From positions 133,486,001 through 133,550,000 of the forward strand of contig JBNRSN020000007.1 in NCBI GenBank assembly GCA_051313645.2: a stretch of DNA of 64,000 nt. Direction: 5' to 3'. The notes beneath the pieces are model-generated. The model saw only the letters and a program-made list of their open reading frames with translations, was not told the origin of the DNA and ran no database searches. Shown here one piece after another: positions 1-13,870 of the stretch (its first letter is position 1; the number at the start of each line of letters is the position of its first letter). The stretch comes from Centroscyllium fabricii. Lineage: Eukaryota. The position numbers were made by a program, and so were the translations under genes.

Positions 1-828
1 AAGTCACTCTGTAGCCTCTTAGCATCCTCCTGGCAGCTCACACTGACTCTCAATTTAGTGTCATCCGCAAATTTGGAAATACAACATTTAATCCCTCCAC
101 ACAAATCATTAATATATAATGTAAACAGCTGGGGCCCCAGCACCGAACCTTGCGGTACCCCGCTGGTCACTGCCTGCCATTCTGAAAAGTACCCATTTAC
201 TCCTACTCTTTGTTTCCAGTGTGCCAACCAGTTCTCAATCCACGTCAACACATTACCCCCAATCCCATGTGCTTTAACTTTGCACACCAATCTCTTGTGT
301 GGGACCTTGTCGAAAGCCTTCTGAAAGTCCAAATACACCATATCAACTGGTTCTCCCTTGTCTACTCTATTGGAAACATCCTCAAAAAATGACAGAAGAT
401 TTGTCAAGCATGATTTCCCTTTCACAAATCCATGCTGGCTTGGACCTATCATGTCACCACTTTCTAAATGGTCTGCTATGACATCCTTAATAATTGATTC
501 CATCATTTTACCCACTGCCGATGTCAGGCTGTAATTCCCTGTTTTCTCCCTCCCTCCTTTTTTAAAAAGTGGGGTTACATTAGCCACCCTCCACTCCATC
601 GGAACTGATCCAGAATCCATGGAATATTGGAAAATGATCGTCAATGCATCCACTATTTCCAAGGCCACCTCCTTAAGTACTCTGGGATGCAGACGATCAG
701 GCCCTGGGGATTTATCAGCCTTCAGTCCCATCAATTTCCCCAACACATTTTCCTAACTAAATAGGATCTTCCTCAGCTCCTCCTTTTTACCGGACCCTCT
801 GACCCCTTTTATGTCCGGAAGGTTGTTG
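1..828 (-). mobile_element. CR1-type LINE ORF2 (RT) fragment, 5'-truncated, continues off window start
   Basis: Minus-strand translation gives RT motifs (DFQKAFDKVPHKRL, GVPQGSVLGPQLF, KFADDTKL); sequence is paralogous to the adjacent CR1 copy. Confidence 0.9.
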
Positions 829-3454
829 TAAATTACATCTAGTTCCCTTGTCTAGATCATGAAGATATATTGTGAATAACTGGGGTCCTAGGACTGATCC
901 CTGCGGTACCCCACTAGTCACTGCCTGCCACTCGGAAAAGGAGCCATTTATTCCAACTCTTTGCTTTCTGTCTGCCAACTAGTTCTCTCTCCAAGTCAGT
1001 ACCTTGCCCCAGTCCCATGTGCCTTAACTTTACATGCTAACCTCTTATGCGGGATCTTATCAAAAGCCTTCTGAAAGTCCAAATACACCACATCAACTGG
1101 TTCTCCCATATCTATTTTACCAGTTACCTCCTCAAAAAATTCCAGTAGATTAGTCAAGCATGATTTACCTTTTGTAAACCAATATTGGCTTTGTCTGATC
1201 CTGTCACTGTTTTCCAAATGCTCTGCTATTACATCTTTTATAATGGACTCTAGCATTTTCCCCACTACCAATGTCAGGCTTATCGGTCTATAATTTCATG
1301 TTTTCCCCTACCACCTTTTTTGAATAGTGGGTAACATTAGCTACCCTCCAGTCCATGGGAACTGTTCCAGAATCTATAGATTTTGGAAGATGACCAGCAA
1401 TGCATCTACTGTTTCTAGGGCAACTTCCTTAAGTACCCTAGGATGTAGATTATCAGGCCCTGGGGATTTATCAGCCTTCAATCCCGTCAATTTCCCTAAC
1501 ATCATTTCCCTACATATACTAATTTCATTCAGTTCCTCCCTCTCATTAGACCCTATGTTCCCCAAAATCTCTGGGACGTTATTTGTGTCCTCCTTGGTGA
1601 AGACAGAACCAAAGTATGTATTTAATTGGTCTGCCATTGCTTTGTTCCCCATTATAAATTTCCCTGATTCTGTCTGCAAGGGACCTACTCTTGACTTCAC
1701 CAATCTTTTTCTCTTCACATATCTATAAAAGCTTTTACAGTCAGTTTCTATGTTCCCTGCAAGCTTACTCTCATAATCTATTTCCCCCTCTTAATTAATC
1801 CTTTTGTCCTCCTTTGCTGAATCCTAAACTGCTCCCAATCCTCAGGTTTGCTGCCTTTTCTGGCCAATTTATATGTCCTCTCCTTGGATCTTATGTTATC
1901 ACTAATTCCCCTTGTTAGCCATGGTTGAGTCAACCTTTTTGTTTTATTTATATGCCAAACAGGGATGAACAAATTCTGTAGTTCATCCATGCGATCTTTA
2001 AATGTTTACCATTGCCTATCCACCATCAACCCTTTAAGTAACATTCCCTAATCCATCCTACCCAACTCGTGCCTCATACCACCCTAGTTTCCTTTATTTA
2101 AATTCAGGACCCTAGTCTCTGAGTCAAATACTTCACTCTCCATCTTAATGAAGAATTCTATCATATTATGATCGCTCCGCCCCAAGGGTCCTTGCACAAC
2201 AAAATTGCTAATTATTCCTTTCTCATTACATTATACACAGTTTAAGATGGCCTGATCTCTAGTTGGTTCCTCGACATATTGGTCCAGGAAACCATCCCGT
2301 AGACACTCCAATAATTCCTCCTCCACAGTATTGTTACTAATTTGGTTAGCCCGTTCTATATGTAGATTAAAGTCACCCATGATAACTGCTGTGCCCTTAT
2401 TGCACGCATCTCTAATTTCCCATTTAATGCCATCCCCAACCTCCGCATTACTGTTTGGGGGTTTGTATACAACTCCCACTAATGTTTTCTGCCCCTTGGT
2501 ATTTCTCTGTTCTACCCATACAGATTCCACATCTTCAGAGCTAATATCCTTCCTTACAATTGTGTTAATCTCCTCTTCAACCAGCAATAGTACCCCACCT
2601 CCTTTTCCTTTTTGCCTATGTTTCCTGAATATTGAATACCCCTGGATGTTGAGTTCCCAGCCTTGATCACCCTGGAGCCATGTTTCCGTAATCCCAATCA
2701 TATCATACCCGTTTACATCTATTTGTGCGGCTAATTCATCCACCTCATTATGAATGTTCCTCGTATTAAGACACAAAGCCTTCAGGCTTGTTTTCTTTAA
2801 CACTCTTAGATCTTTTAGAATTATTATTTACTGTGGCCATGTTTGATTTAAACCCTTGATTTCTCTGACTGCCATTCTTGCTTTTCTCCTTCCTGTCTTT
2901 TGCTTCTATCCTTGTTTCCATTTCCTCTGCCTCCTTGCACAAGTTCCCAACCCCCTGGCATTTTAGTTTAAACCCTCCCTAACAGCACTAGCAAAGACCC
3001 CCTCAGGACATCAGTCCCGGTCCTGCCCAGGAGCAAACCATTCAGTTTGTACTGGTCCCACCTCCCCCAGAACTGGTTCCAATGTTCCAGGAATTTGAAT
3101 CCCTCCCCCTTGCACCATTCCTCTAGCCATGTATTCATCTGAAATATTCTTCTATTTCTACTCTGACTAGCACATGGCAATGGTAGCAATCCTGAGATTA
3201 CTACTTTTCAGGTCCTATTTTTTAATTTACCTCCTAACTCCCTATATTCAGCTTTTAGGACCTCATCCTGGTTTTTCCCTATACCTATATGCACCACGAT
3301 AACTGGCTGTTCACCCTCCCCCTCTAAAATGCTCTGCCGCCACTCTGAGACATCCTTGCCCCTTGCAACAGGGAGGCAACATACCATCCTGGAGTCTCAT
3401 TTTCAGCCGCAGAAATGCCTATCTATTCCCTTTACAATAGAATCCCCTATTATT

Positions 3455-5376
3455 GGGCCATGTCTTCCTGTGGCCCGATTGCTGCGGGTGCGCGCTGACG
3501 TGCACCCGCGGCGCACGCGCACGTACATTAATTTTTTTCTGTCACGTGAACTTCCTGTGCAAAAAGCCGGGTTTTTTTCGTTCGGAGGGGTCGTGTTTTT
3601 TTTGGTGCGGGGTGCAAGCCACGCCCACTGAGGTCGGCTTTACCCCCGCACAAAGCACAGAATCGGCCTGAGGATGAAGAAGATCGGGTAGGGAAGCACC
3701 TTTTTTTTTGTTTTTTTTCAGTTTCTAGGAAGCTGTTTTTTTTAAGTTTCTGCCTTTTTCTGCTGTTAGGGGTTTTTTTTGCTCCAGAGAAAAAAACACG
3801 TTTAAAGTTAAAAAAAAATTGATTCCTTTGGAGATATTTGTCTGTGGTCTTTCAGCTTGTGAATGTGTAGGGTTTTATATTTTTTGGTGAAAGTGAAAAA
3901 AAACGGGGATTTGAACACGATGTCAGCAGCTGTGATGTCACAGGGTGCCTGTTCCTTTAAATATTAGAAACTGTTTTTGCTGTTGCTCCACAGCTGTTTT
4001 AAGGAATAGGTTCCCTTGTTATGTAATTAACTATTCTGTTATCTGTTTATTTGCTAGTTGTGCTCTGCTCTCATTGCCTCGAGATTATTGGCTACCACCA
4101 AATGGAGTACTTGCTGGGTTTAGTATATAATCTGGAGGTTGGCTGAGAGCAGGTGCGGGATCATTGCATGGTAATGCGTCATGGGACTGGATATCTATTT
4201 TCATTCTACAGGCCACTGGAAGGAGGTGGTTTTCTGCTGTTGTGCTGAGTGGCCGTCAGAGGCAAGGAGGTTGGAGATCGACTGACTCAGCTTGTACTTG
4301 CACTCTGCTATTTCAGGTGCTCAGGCTGGGTTGCCCAACAGGGGCATTGGGGTGGAACTCATTTCCCTCCGCCTTGACAGTGCGCCCTGCTATTGGGAAC
4401 TCAGCAATGGACAACTCATCTGTTGGGTAAGGGAGTCCCCCTGCCAGTAGATCTGGTGCGCTACTGCCTGATGCCATGGGGTTAAGTCTCTGTGACGGAG
4501 CAGAAGAAGTAGGTCGGACCCATTTCTACTACTTGGACATTCATTTCTTCATCCGAACCCTGGTTTGGACATTGGTGATCTGGAAGCATAAGCTGTTCCC
4601 AAATCCTCTACGTAGAGGGTGGATTGAGATGTCATGCTCGCTGAGGAGGACTTGCTCGGTTCTCTTTAAGTTGGACAGTTATGCCTGGACTAGTATTCTT
4701 TGGGAGAATGGCGCGCTGGATTGCGTGGCACCCCTCTATTCATTACTCGCTATGTTGGGAAGTCTGTGCCAGTCTGTTGATAAGACTTGTGTTAAATATG
4801 TGTCTTATATAATTGTATTTGTGTCTTATGTAATTGTATGTTTATTCTATAATATGATGTTTTAGTAATAAAGGAGTTTAGTTTTATAGACGTTTCAGTG
4901 TCTCTGCACATGGGCCCCGCCTTCATTCCATTTACACCCAACCGTTACATGTGATTCCCATCAGAGCTGCTGACATCGCGTTCAAATCCCCGTTTTTTTT
5001 CACTTTCACCAAAAAATATAAAACCCTACCCATTCACAAGCTGAAAGACCACAGACAAATATCTCCAAAGGAATCAAAAAAAAATTAACTTTAAACGTGT
5101 TTTTTTCACTTCTCAAAGCTGCCTGCAGCCTCTTAAGACTGCTTTTTATATGTGCAGCAAAAGAGAGACTTCCCCACGTGATACACCCGCATTTTGAGCA
5201 GCTGCCTACAGGAAGTCTGCAGCTCAAAGTCTTCCTGGGTAGGAAGCTGAAGCCCCTTGCCCATCAGCACAGGAAGTTCACGTTTCTGGTAATCACACGA
5301 GCTGCACCCCCACGAGGCATTTCTGATCCCCCTTCGTGGGGGTGCAGCTCTTCTGGAGCACAGGAAAACAGGGCCC
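3455..5376. mobile_element. Non-autonomous PIF/Harbinger-like DNA transposon inserted in CR1 ORF1
   Basis: TIRs GGGCCATGTCTTCCTGTG / GGGCCCTGTTTTCCTGTG (16/18); 3-bp TSD ATT (3452-3454, 5377-5379); removal restores CR1 sequence; internal ~150-bp inverted arms ~3790-3930 and ~4965-5105. Confidence 0.8.
3936..4949 (+). mobile_element. Solo LTR (~1 kb)
   Basis: TGTCAC...GTTACA termini, 5-bp TSD TGTGA (3931-3935, 4950-4954), AATAAA near 4867. Confidence 0.75.
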
Positions 5377-5601
5377 ATTATAGCTCACCCACTCCTTTTC
5401 CTCCCGTTCTGTGCAGCAGAAACACCCACGGTGCCAGGAAGTTGGCTGCTGCTATCTTCCCCCAATAAGCCATCTCCCTCAACAATATCCAAAGCGGTAT
5501 ATCTATTTGTGAGGGGGATGGCCACAGGGGACTCCTGCACTACCTGCCTGTGCCTACTACTCTGCATGGCGGTCACCCATTCCCTTCCTGCCTGTGCAGC
5601 C

Positions 5602-5818
5602 TGATGTAATAATGGAGTCTGATACATCAATAACTTAAAGCAAAGCTTTAATCCACTACATTATCACTATGTACAAAGACGGGTTTTACCATGCTTCCAG
5701 GTGAAGCTCTCTCCCCATACTGAGCAGTTCCAGTATTTATAGTAACAGGAAACAGGAAGTGACATGTACAGAGTTCACCCCTTAGTCTTCCCCCGGAAGT
5801 CTGTTCAATATTACCACA
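5602..5818 (-). mobile_element. Short solo LTR (217 bp) inserted in CR1 ORF1
   Basis: TG...CA termini with imperfect IR (TGATGTAATA / TATTACCACA), 5-bp TSD CAGCC (5597-5601, 5819-5823), minus-strand TATAAA and ATTAAA. Confidence 0.7.
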
Positions 5819-8447
5819 CAGCCTTTACCTGTGGTGTGACCAATTCATTAAACGTGATATCCACGATGTCCTCAGCATCGCGAATGCTCCAGTATGTATC
5901 CATTCACAGCTCTAGCGCTGCAATGCGGTCTGCCAGTAGCTGCAGCTGGATACACTTCCCGCACACATGGTCATCAGGGACACAGGAAGTGTCCCTGATT
6001 TCCCACATTGTGCAGGAGGAGCATGCCACGGCGCCGAGTTGTGCTGCCATGACTTACCCTTTAATTAATTCAAATTAAATTAAATCAAATCAATACCACT
6101 AATTATACGCCAATGAAATGATATACTTAAGGGCCCTTGTTTACCAGCACTCCCTGCTACACAACAGAGACATTAGAAACTATAAACCACAACATTTAAG
6201 TTTGGAGAAAAGCGAGAAAGTGAGAAATACTCACCAACCAATCACTTGCCTGCTTTCTGTTGACATCATTCTTCGATTACTTTTTACTTCTCTCTCCTCG
6301 CACTGTCTCTGTGCCTCTCGCAGGTCCGTCGCTCAGCTCCGGTCCCATGTTCTCCTGTCCATGCTCTTTTTATCCTCCTCTCACTGGCTCTTTGCCTCTC
6401 GCAGGTCCGCCGCTCATCTCCGGTCCCAGGTTCTCCAGTCCATGCTCTTTTTATCCTCCTCTCACTGACTCTGTGGCTCTCGCAGGTCTGCCACTCAGCT
6501 CTGGTCTCCCGTGTGGAGAGTAGATAGCGCTTTCCTCTGCATTTACCAAATTCAGTGTGATCTCGGAGTGCCTGCTGTTAGTAGCTGAAAATTGAGAAAA
6601 TGCTCTGTACACCACCAATGACAGCACTTACCTAATGAGTACAGCAGAGGTGGGAAAAAAAACATTAGCCTCACTGCCTGGGTGCTTCAATGTAGAAATG
6701 CGTTATGACATAAAAGGGCAAAGGAGTTGTTTTGTTTCATATATTTCCAACAAACTTGCATGGGGTGGGGGGACGGACAATGTGGAGGAGAAATAACTCG
6801 ACCATAGGGAAGAACAATACAATGGGAGGGAACGGAAACCCCATCACTTTTGCACACCGTTGCAGAGAAGGTGATGTCGCGCGGGAGGAGGGATAGGAAG
6901 GTTAGAAAACCTTAACAAAAGAAGTGATCCACATGAATTTAGGACAAAATCTCAGGGTGGAATCTCCACATGGGCCCCCCATCTTTGGCTGGAGATGGAT
7001 GGACTCCAGCCGATTCTCCAAAGTTATGGCAGTAGCTTATGAGAAAGTCCGCAGTAATGACCGATTCTCATCTTTTGGCATTCATTAGAAAATGCTGCGG
7101 AATGCATTGGAATTGCATATTAACATGGATTAGCATATTGTGCCTTCCCTGCCCCACATTAGCAAAGCTCAATGCCATGGTGCACATCACTGAGGGGCTT
7201 GCACGTATTTAGTCAGTGCAACTTTTGCCAGCAACTATGTTTAACAAGCATTCAGGCTCATAATGGAGGACATCATTTTTACAGCTAACTCTTCCCTCTA
7301 GGAAACAGTGGGCTGCCTGAAAGTCCTCGTGTGGCGATGCGTGCTTCTCTATGCTTATAGAAGCCATTAATAAAAATGTACCTAAACGTTACCAAAGTGA
7401 CTCATGATGACATCTGGATTTCAGTGATGTCACTTTTACTGACAGGCAAATTTTGGATCAACATGAAACCATTATCAAACACATTATGATATTCAGAATA
7501 CAAAATTTAATTTAGAATGACATGAAAATGAAAGAAAAAAATGCAGGTTTTGGCTCGGTGACAAAACTTGCTAAGTACTTTCAATCTGCAGTATTTCTAA
7601 TGCGGTGTTATTACAAGGCACTCAGTTTCAAATTGCCAAAATGCTACACTACAGGTCTCTCGATTAAAAAAGGCTCCCCTTGTGTTAGTGAAACTGCCAA
7701 ATCAATAGTCTCAGGGAAAAAATTCAGATGTCACGGTGGGTGGTATATAATCCAAAAGAAAACCATTACCTGTATATGGTTTATTGCATCGTAAAGGAAC
7801 TGGCCTAACTGATAAGGTTCTCTGTTTACTTGATGATGTGCAAAACACATTCCCCGGCTCAGAAAAGGATCTTGTAGAAACAGCGTAGTTCACCTTTTAT
7901 TGCCAATGATTGACATATTCCAGATTTGACTGTTTTCTTTAACCTTCGATGTTTTACTAAGGGTATTTACATGTGCTTCCCATTTTAGCAAAAAACGTAT
8001 GTTAGCGTGGCTCTTGCAGTTTTGCCACTCTTTCAAATTACTTCGAAACAAGGTCCGACTTACGCCAGCTGTTTAAAAGCACAGTTGAAAGATGGTGGGC
8101 AGGTTTATCATCCTGGTAGGTGCCAATTGAAGCCTAGTCTCATTTTTCAGCTAGCCTTCCCTGAATGTTTTCAACCTCTCTGAAGTGATTGACCGCACGC
8201 AGTCATGGAAGTGAAAAGGCAAACTGTCAAAAGCATACACATAGAAAGAAAAACAAACGGAAGTGAAATTAGCATCTGAGAGAAAGAGAAATAAATGAAA
8301 GGAAAGATGGAGAAAGGAAAAGGCAGGGAAAAGAATGACAGTGAAAGGAAGGAAAGGAATTTTATAAAAATTGAAAGAAAACCAAACAATGTTACAGTAA
8401 CTCAGTAGGATAACCGCCATAAAACTATGACCACATCCAAACTCTAA

Positions 8448-9066
8448 GGGCAGAATTTTCCTCGGGTTGTGAAGCAGATTTCCGGGCAGGACTGTAGTAA
8501 AAATAGCAGAAATGGGGGTCTGCGACCCCTCCGGCCGCCTTCCCGCCAGCTTGTCAATTTCACCCGGCGGGTCTGTTCGGCCCACCTTAGTCCCGCCCGG
8601 CATCAGTGGGGATGCTTGTTAAGCTCATTAGGGGCTCTTAATTGGCATTGGTAATGCCATTTTAAGGGCCCATTGTAACTTTTACCCGCTTCCCACCCAG
8701 AACCAGCCTGGTGGGAACACCGCCGTTGAAAGCTGGCAGAGACAGCCTACTTAAAGCTGTCACTCTTAGATTTGTGGTTTCATCTGTTTACATAGCATCA
8801 TGACATCATAATGCCCTGAAACCACAGAAAGAGAAACACCAAGCCTATCAGTGCAGCTGCCAATCATCACTCTGCTGCTCACACAGGTCAAAGCCCGCCC
8901 AGTTTCTAGGCAAAATCCCTCAATTGCTAGGATCTTCCCACTCTGGAAATTAATTGGCCAATTAAGCCAAAATTGCGTGGGGATTCCACACCCTTCAAAA
9001 AGCGGGAAGATAGAGGGATCAGTGGGGATCCCACCCATTTCCCACACCTTCAGGAAAATCCTGTCC
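8448..9066. mobile_element. Harbinger/Tourist-like MITE
   Basis: TIRs GGGCAGAATTTTCCT / GGACAGGATTTTCCT with TAA on both flanks. Confidence 0.75.
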
Positions 9067-11674
9067 TAAATATATTACTGCGTCACTGAACTGTGGAGAG
9101 CACTGGCGTATGTTCTAGAACTTATTCTGTAATATGTGTCGTTTTTTTAATGAAGACCAGGTTCCTTTTTTTAGATATTTTGGGAAGGGTTCTCCTGCTC
9201 TCCTGCTGGACGGTAACAGCACACCCTTACTGTGCTGCCTCTGAATTTCCTGCCATGACCCATGTGTGTAGGCCCACCATGTAGCAGGACCTACTGCCAG
9301 AAAACTGGGCAGGGAAAAAGTGGACAGCCAGAGTCTTTGCTGCTGACCTTGAGGCCTTGTGACTGCTGCGTGTTTGATTTTTCTCCCAACCTCCCTATGA
9401 GGCTGTGGGTGCCACCCACAGTCATGAGGCTGAGGAAGGGAATGCAGCTTGTGGGAGATAGTGGTCACAATCCTGTGACCGTACTGCTCCATAAAGAATG
9501 TATTAAATGCATTTAAATATAAATCTAACATAGGCCAAGTATACCTTCCCATGGCACCAATTTGATCACAACTTCTCAGGTGCTGCTACAAACCATTCCT
9601 TTTGATTTAACTTTTATTTGTCCTTCCACAGTATTTTAAACATATATTCATACGATCGCTAACCATTAGGGAGAATTCCGAGCTGTCATAAAATATTGCT
9701 GTAAAACTGGGCTGCGACAAAAATGACTAAGAAATTGGCTCACAGATCCAAATTCCCGACATTAGTTAAAGCAAAGGCCCTGTCCAGTTGGGATAGATGT
9801 GACATCCTTAAGCGACACGTTGATGTACAATTTTTAATGATATCCGGCCCAGGCAGTTCTTTGAATAAGGAGAAGTATGCCATAAGAGCACATTATGCAG
9901 CCACACATTATGCCATTCATCCATTTCTTTCCCTTATTGCTTTGCAAAATCACTTGTACCATTAAGGCAAGATTGAATTGTCCATGAACCACCTTGTGAA
10001 AAGGGCAAAAGACAAGCATTAATTACATTAATTACCCTAATTCTGCTTGACAGTTTCATATTGCTGTAAGAACTACTTCTTTGACTGAACAGTCAGGAGG
10101 CACAGCATAATTGTCCATTTAAATGCATCCTTGGAAAAAGTACAGCAGTTTTTTTTCCATTTTTTGTAAACACTGTTTCTTTGAAAGTAATTTGTTTTGT
10201 TGTACAGTGGGTCACAGCAGCCTGTTTCGAAATTATGTTCCTTGTATGCTAATCTGCCTGAAATTTCATAGTTAATTTGGTGTAACCCACAATGTCCCCA
10301 GATCACTTGTCTACTGCCGCATATTGAACTCGTTGATTTTATCGAAACACAGTGTTGATTGCTTGCTGTCTCTAATCCAATAATGTATTATAAATAATAT
10401 ATATCTGTACATATATCTTATGTATAATTTTGATTAGAACAAGTTAAATGCCTAGCTGCACAGAATATTTAATTTCCAATATTTTCTACAGAACCAAGAA
10501 TATTGTGTGATTTTAAGTGAAGAGCTGTTGGCAGATCTGGTGGCTCAGTAGCCTACAGCATTAACGATTCACCTCAGAGGGCTCAGTCTGAATCCAGCCA
10601 AGGTCTCCTCTCTTTTTTGGGTTGTATATGAAATAGGTCTGACCAGTCTCCATCCATTTCCTAGTTAGTGCACGTTCACAGTCCAATATCGCATGTTTCT
10701 TCATAAATAGGCATTAGATTATCCATTTGACTGAGAAATAGGAGTGGGAAATGTTGCACAGGTTCAATGGAGGTTAAGGCATATTAATGGGACAGAAGAA
10801 AACGTTTTACCCTGCATCTGATGCTATAATTGACTTTGGATTGTTCTTTTATTCCCAGTTGATGATCCTCACTCACAGCTAGGGATTATTTGTTATTTGA
10901 TCAAGCAGGGATTTTCAGTTTAAACTGTAATATATAAACTGAGATTCAGGGTTTTTAAGATTTAATCTGCAAAATTCCAAATCCTTACTGTCACCTGGAC
11001 TGACTGGTGCCACTGAGACAAAGAGGGGATTGATGTGTTAATAAGCTCCCAAGAGTTAATGAGCCAGCCATTAACATTGTTACCCATAACGATCTGGGAC
11101 AATAGGACGTTCATTCTCTCAATTCAGGTGCTTCCAATAAGCTTTCATACGATGATGGGAGAAACAGCATGAGGTTGTCTGGAAGAAATCTACTCTTGGG
11201 ATTGCGGTAGCTGGTCTAATTGGCATAAGAAAAGTGTCAGAGGTCGAACCACTAACCTGAAGTTGGTAACAATCACCGTGATAAGAACAAAAATCTTCAA
11301 AGAAAATGTAAGGAGAATAAAATGGTTTGTTATATTAGCATGTGTGTACACCACTTTAACGATGCTGGGGGCATGGGGTCTCCATGAAGTGAGTTGGCAA
11401 TTTCAGATGGTGTTAAATGAAGGTACGACACTACATTTTGGAAATGAAAAATCAGACTGTACCATTGACATGCTCCAACTAGCAACTGGTTCAGAGTGGC
11501 ATCACCAAAGGCTGCTTTCCCACCCTCATGATTCACACAATGGTGGTGGTGGTGGTGGGTTGTAAAATAGGGAAAGGAAATAATTTTTAAAAGGCAAAAT
11601 AATAACATATTATTCTTGTGTGTCTAACATATACACCAGAATGTGAGCACTACCACTTCCAACAAAACTAGAAT

Positions 11675-11778
11675 TCCAGTTCTGATGAAGGGTCATTGAC
11701 CTGAAACGTTAACTCTGTTTCTCTCTCCACAGATGCTGCCTGACCTGCTGAGTATTTCCAGCACTTTCTGTTTTCACT
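11675..11778 (+). mobile_element. Penelope-like terminal repeat fragment with minimal hammerhead motif
   Basis: AGTT-CTGATGA-A-GGGTC-att-GACCT-GAAA-CGTT-AACT; downstream sequence shared with copies at 42961-43050, 46028-46096, 49720-49850. Confidence 0.65.
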
Positions 11779-13086
11779 TCTAACGCTCACTGGGATCAGG
11801 CTTACTCTCAGCACACTTCCAGAGTGACTGGGACAAGTGTTTGGTGCTAGCTTCTCCTTGTAGTCTGTACAAGTTTGATTCCGTGTCTTTTTTTTGAAAA
11901 GCAAGACGCGGTTGTACTGTAGCTCAGTGTTACTCTGTCACGGAGGCTTGTGCTATAATTGACCAGGCTGTAGAAGAGGGCAGGGTAAGCATCAGCTCTG
12001 AATTACTGTCAGAAAGGGCAGTCATGAAAACTAAGAGAGAGTTTTGGCTTTTGTGAAAAAAAATGAGCTTGGTTCATGGGAATGATCTTAATTAAACAGG
12101 AGCAAAACTTTTGGATTTGTCGTCAATAGGATTTCAGGAAAGCATAATGGTTGGTGTGTGAAATTTTCATACAGTATTATGGCCATTTACTGTGAATATA
12201 CCATTATAGGTTCTGTCCTTTCCAATCTGCGTTGTGCCTTGAGTGAGCATTCCAGGCTATCTAACACTAGGATGAAGTAATGGTGACTATAGGACTGCCG
12301 TTGATGGTAAAGATGATGAATTAAGAGTACCACACAAGAAGCACAGTGGCACAACATTGAAGTGTATTGTCTTAAGTGTAATTTTACCTATAGGATTATA
12401 TAATACTCAATAAAACCAAAGGCAACACTGATGGCTGCATAGTACGCGTTGTTTTCCCCTCCTTTTCTTCAAACTTAAAATGCAGCACTGTTATTGCAGG
12501 GGGTTATTCAGTGCTGCTGTAACTATGCTTTGATTTATCTGTTGAATTATATTACGAATAACTGATTTCCAGCAGTCAGTTGTAACAAAAAAGATTTTTT
12601 TTAAAGACACAAATTACTGGATTAGTTTCAAGGGATTCTGTTACTGCCCACAGAGATTCAGTATGAACAAAAGCTAAGCAGGCTTTATCTGCAGTTGAAC
12701 TCAAATGCTCTAAATTCTCTATTGTATTATTCTGTCCGATGTGACAGCTATTTTTTTTCCTGTGCCACATATAAATCAGATTAATTTACTCTTTAATACA
12801 ACTTTTCTGACTAATACTCGAGAGGGTACTGGTGCAACTCCATTTGGTGTGATGACTTTCCCCACAGAGAAGACAGTTAATGTGTTAATGGGTTAAACAG
12901 TGTACAGGGTGCCTCATTGCTGATATTTTGGGCCATTACCTTGGTAGGTTGAAGCAACAGTTGAGGAAGGTTCCCTCACGCCATTGAGTTCTATTTTTCT
13001 TTTAGTGATGCTGCTAAATTGGGTTTCTCTCACATAAAATCACAAAGCACAGAAGGAGGCCATTCAGCCCATTGCGCCTGTGCTGG

Positions 13087-13870
13087 ATCTTTGAAAGAGC
13101 AATCTGATTAATCCTGCTCTTTGTAAGAGCAATCCGATTAATCCCGCTCTTTCAAAGAGCAATCCGATTAATCCCGCGCTTTGAAAGAGCAATCCGATTA
13201 ATCCCGCTCTTTGAAAGAGCAATCCGATTAATCCCGCTCTTTGAAAGAGCAGTCCGATTAATCCCGCTCTTTGAAAGAGCAATCGGATTAATCCTGCTCT
13301 TTGAAAGAGCAATCCGATTAATCCCGCTCTTTGAAAGAGCAATCCGATTAATCCTGCTCTTTGAAAGAGCAATCCAATTAATCCCGCTCTTTCAAAGAGC
13401 AATCCGATTAATCCCGCTCTTTGAAAGAGCAATCGGATTAATCCCGCTCTTTGAAAGAGCAATCCGATTAATCCCGCTCTTTGAAAGAGCAATCCGATTA
13501 ATCCCGCTCTTTGAAAGAGCAATCCGATTAATCCCGCTCTTTGAAAGAGCAATCCGATTAATCCCGCTCTTTGAAAGAGCAATCCGATTAATCCCGCTCT
13601 TTGAAAGAGCAATCCAATTAATCCCGCTCTTTGAAAGAGCAATCCGATTAATCCCGCTCTTTGAAAGAGCAATCTGATTAATTCCGCTCTTTGAAAGAGC
13701 AATCCGATTAATCCCGCTCTTTGAAAGTGCAATCCGATTAATCCCGCTCCTTGAAAGAGCAATCCGATTAATCCCGCTCTTTGAAAGAGCAATCCGATTA
13801 ATCTCGCTCTTTGAAAGAGCAATCCAATTAATCCCACTCTTTGAAAGAGAAATCCGATTAATCCCACTCT
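13087..13870. repeat. 30-bp minisatellite (~26 copies)
   Basis: Unit GCTCTTTGAAAGAGCAATCCGATTAATCCC, near-identical copies. Confidence 0.95.

Larger units (their letters stand above)
829..6520 (-). mobile_element. Degenerate CR1 LINE (5'UTR, ORF1 with esterase-like domain, APE endonuclease, N-terminal RT), interrupted by nested insertions
   Basis: ORF 2231-2803 APE motifs (IGITETWL, IMGDFN); 996-1271 and 787-978 RT motifs; 2968-3189 and ~3400-3450 (IIGDSIV) SGNH-esterase-like ORF1; ORF1 resumes at 5377 after the insertion; repeats at 6290-6520 in the 5'UTR. Confidence 0.85.

Noticed and set aside
6950-7350. Possible old Harbinger-like MITE starting GGGTGGAATCTCC
   Set aside because: No matching right TIR or TSD found
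9600-12950. Repeat-poor AT-rich stretches as conserved enhancers
   Set aside because: Plausible near a neural gene but cannot be supported without alignments
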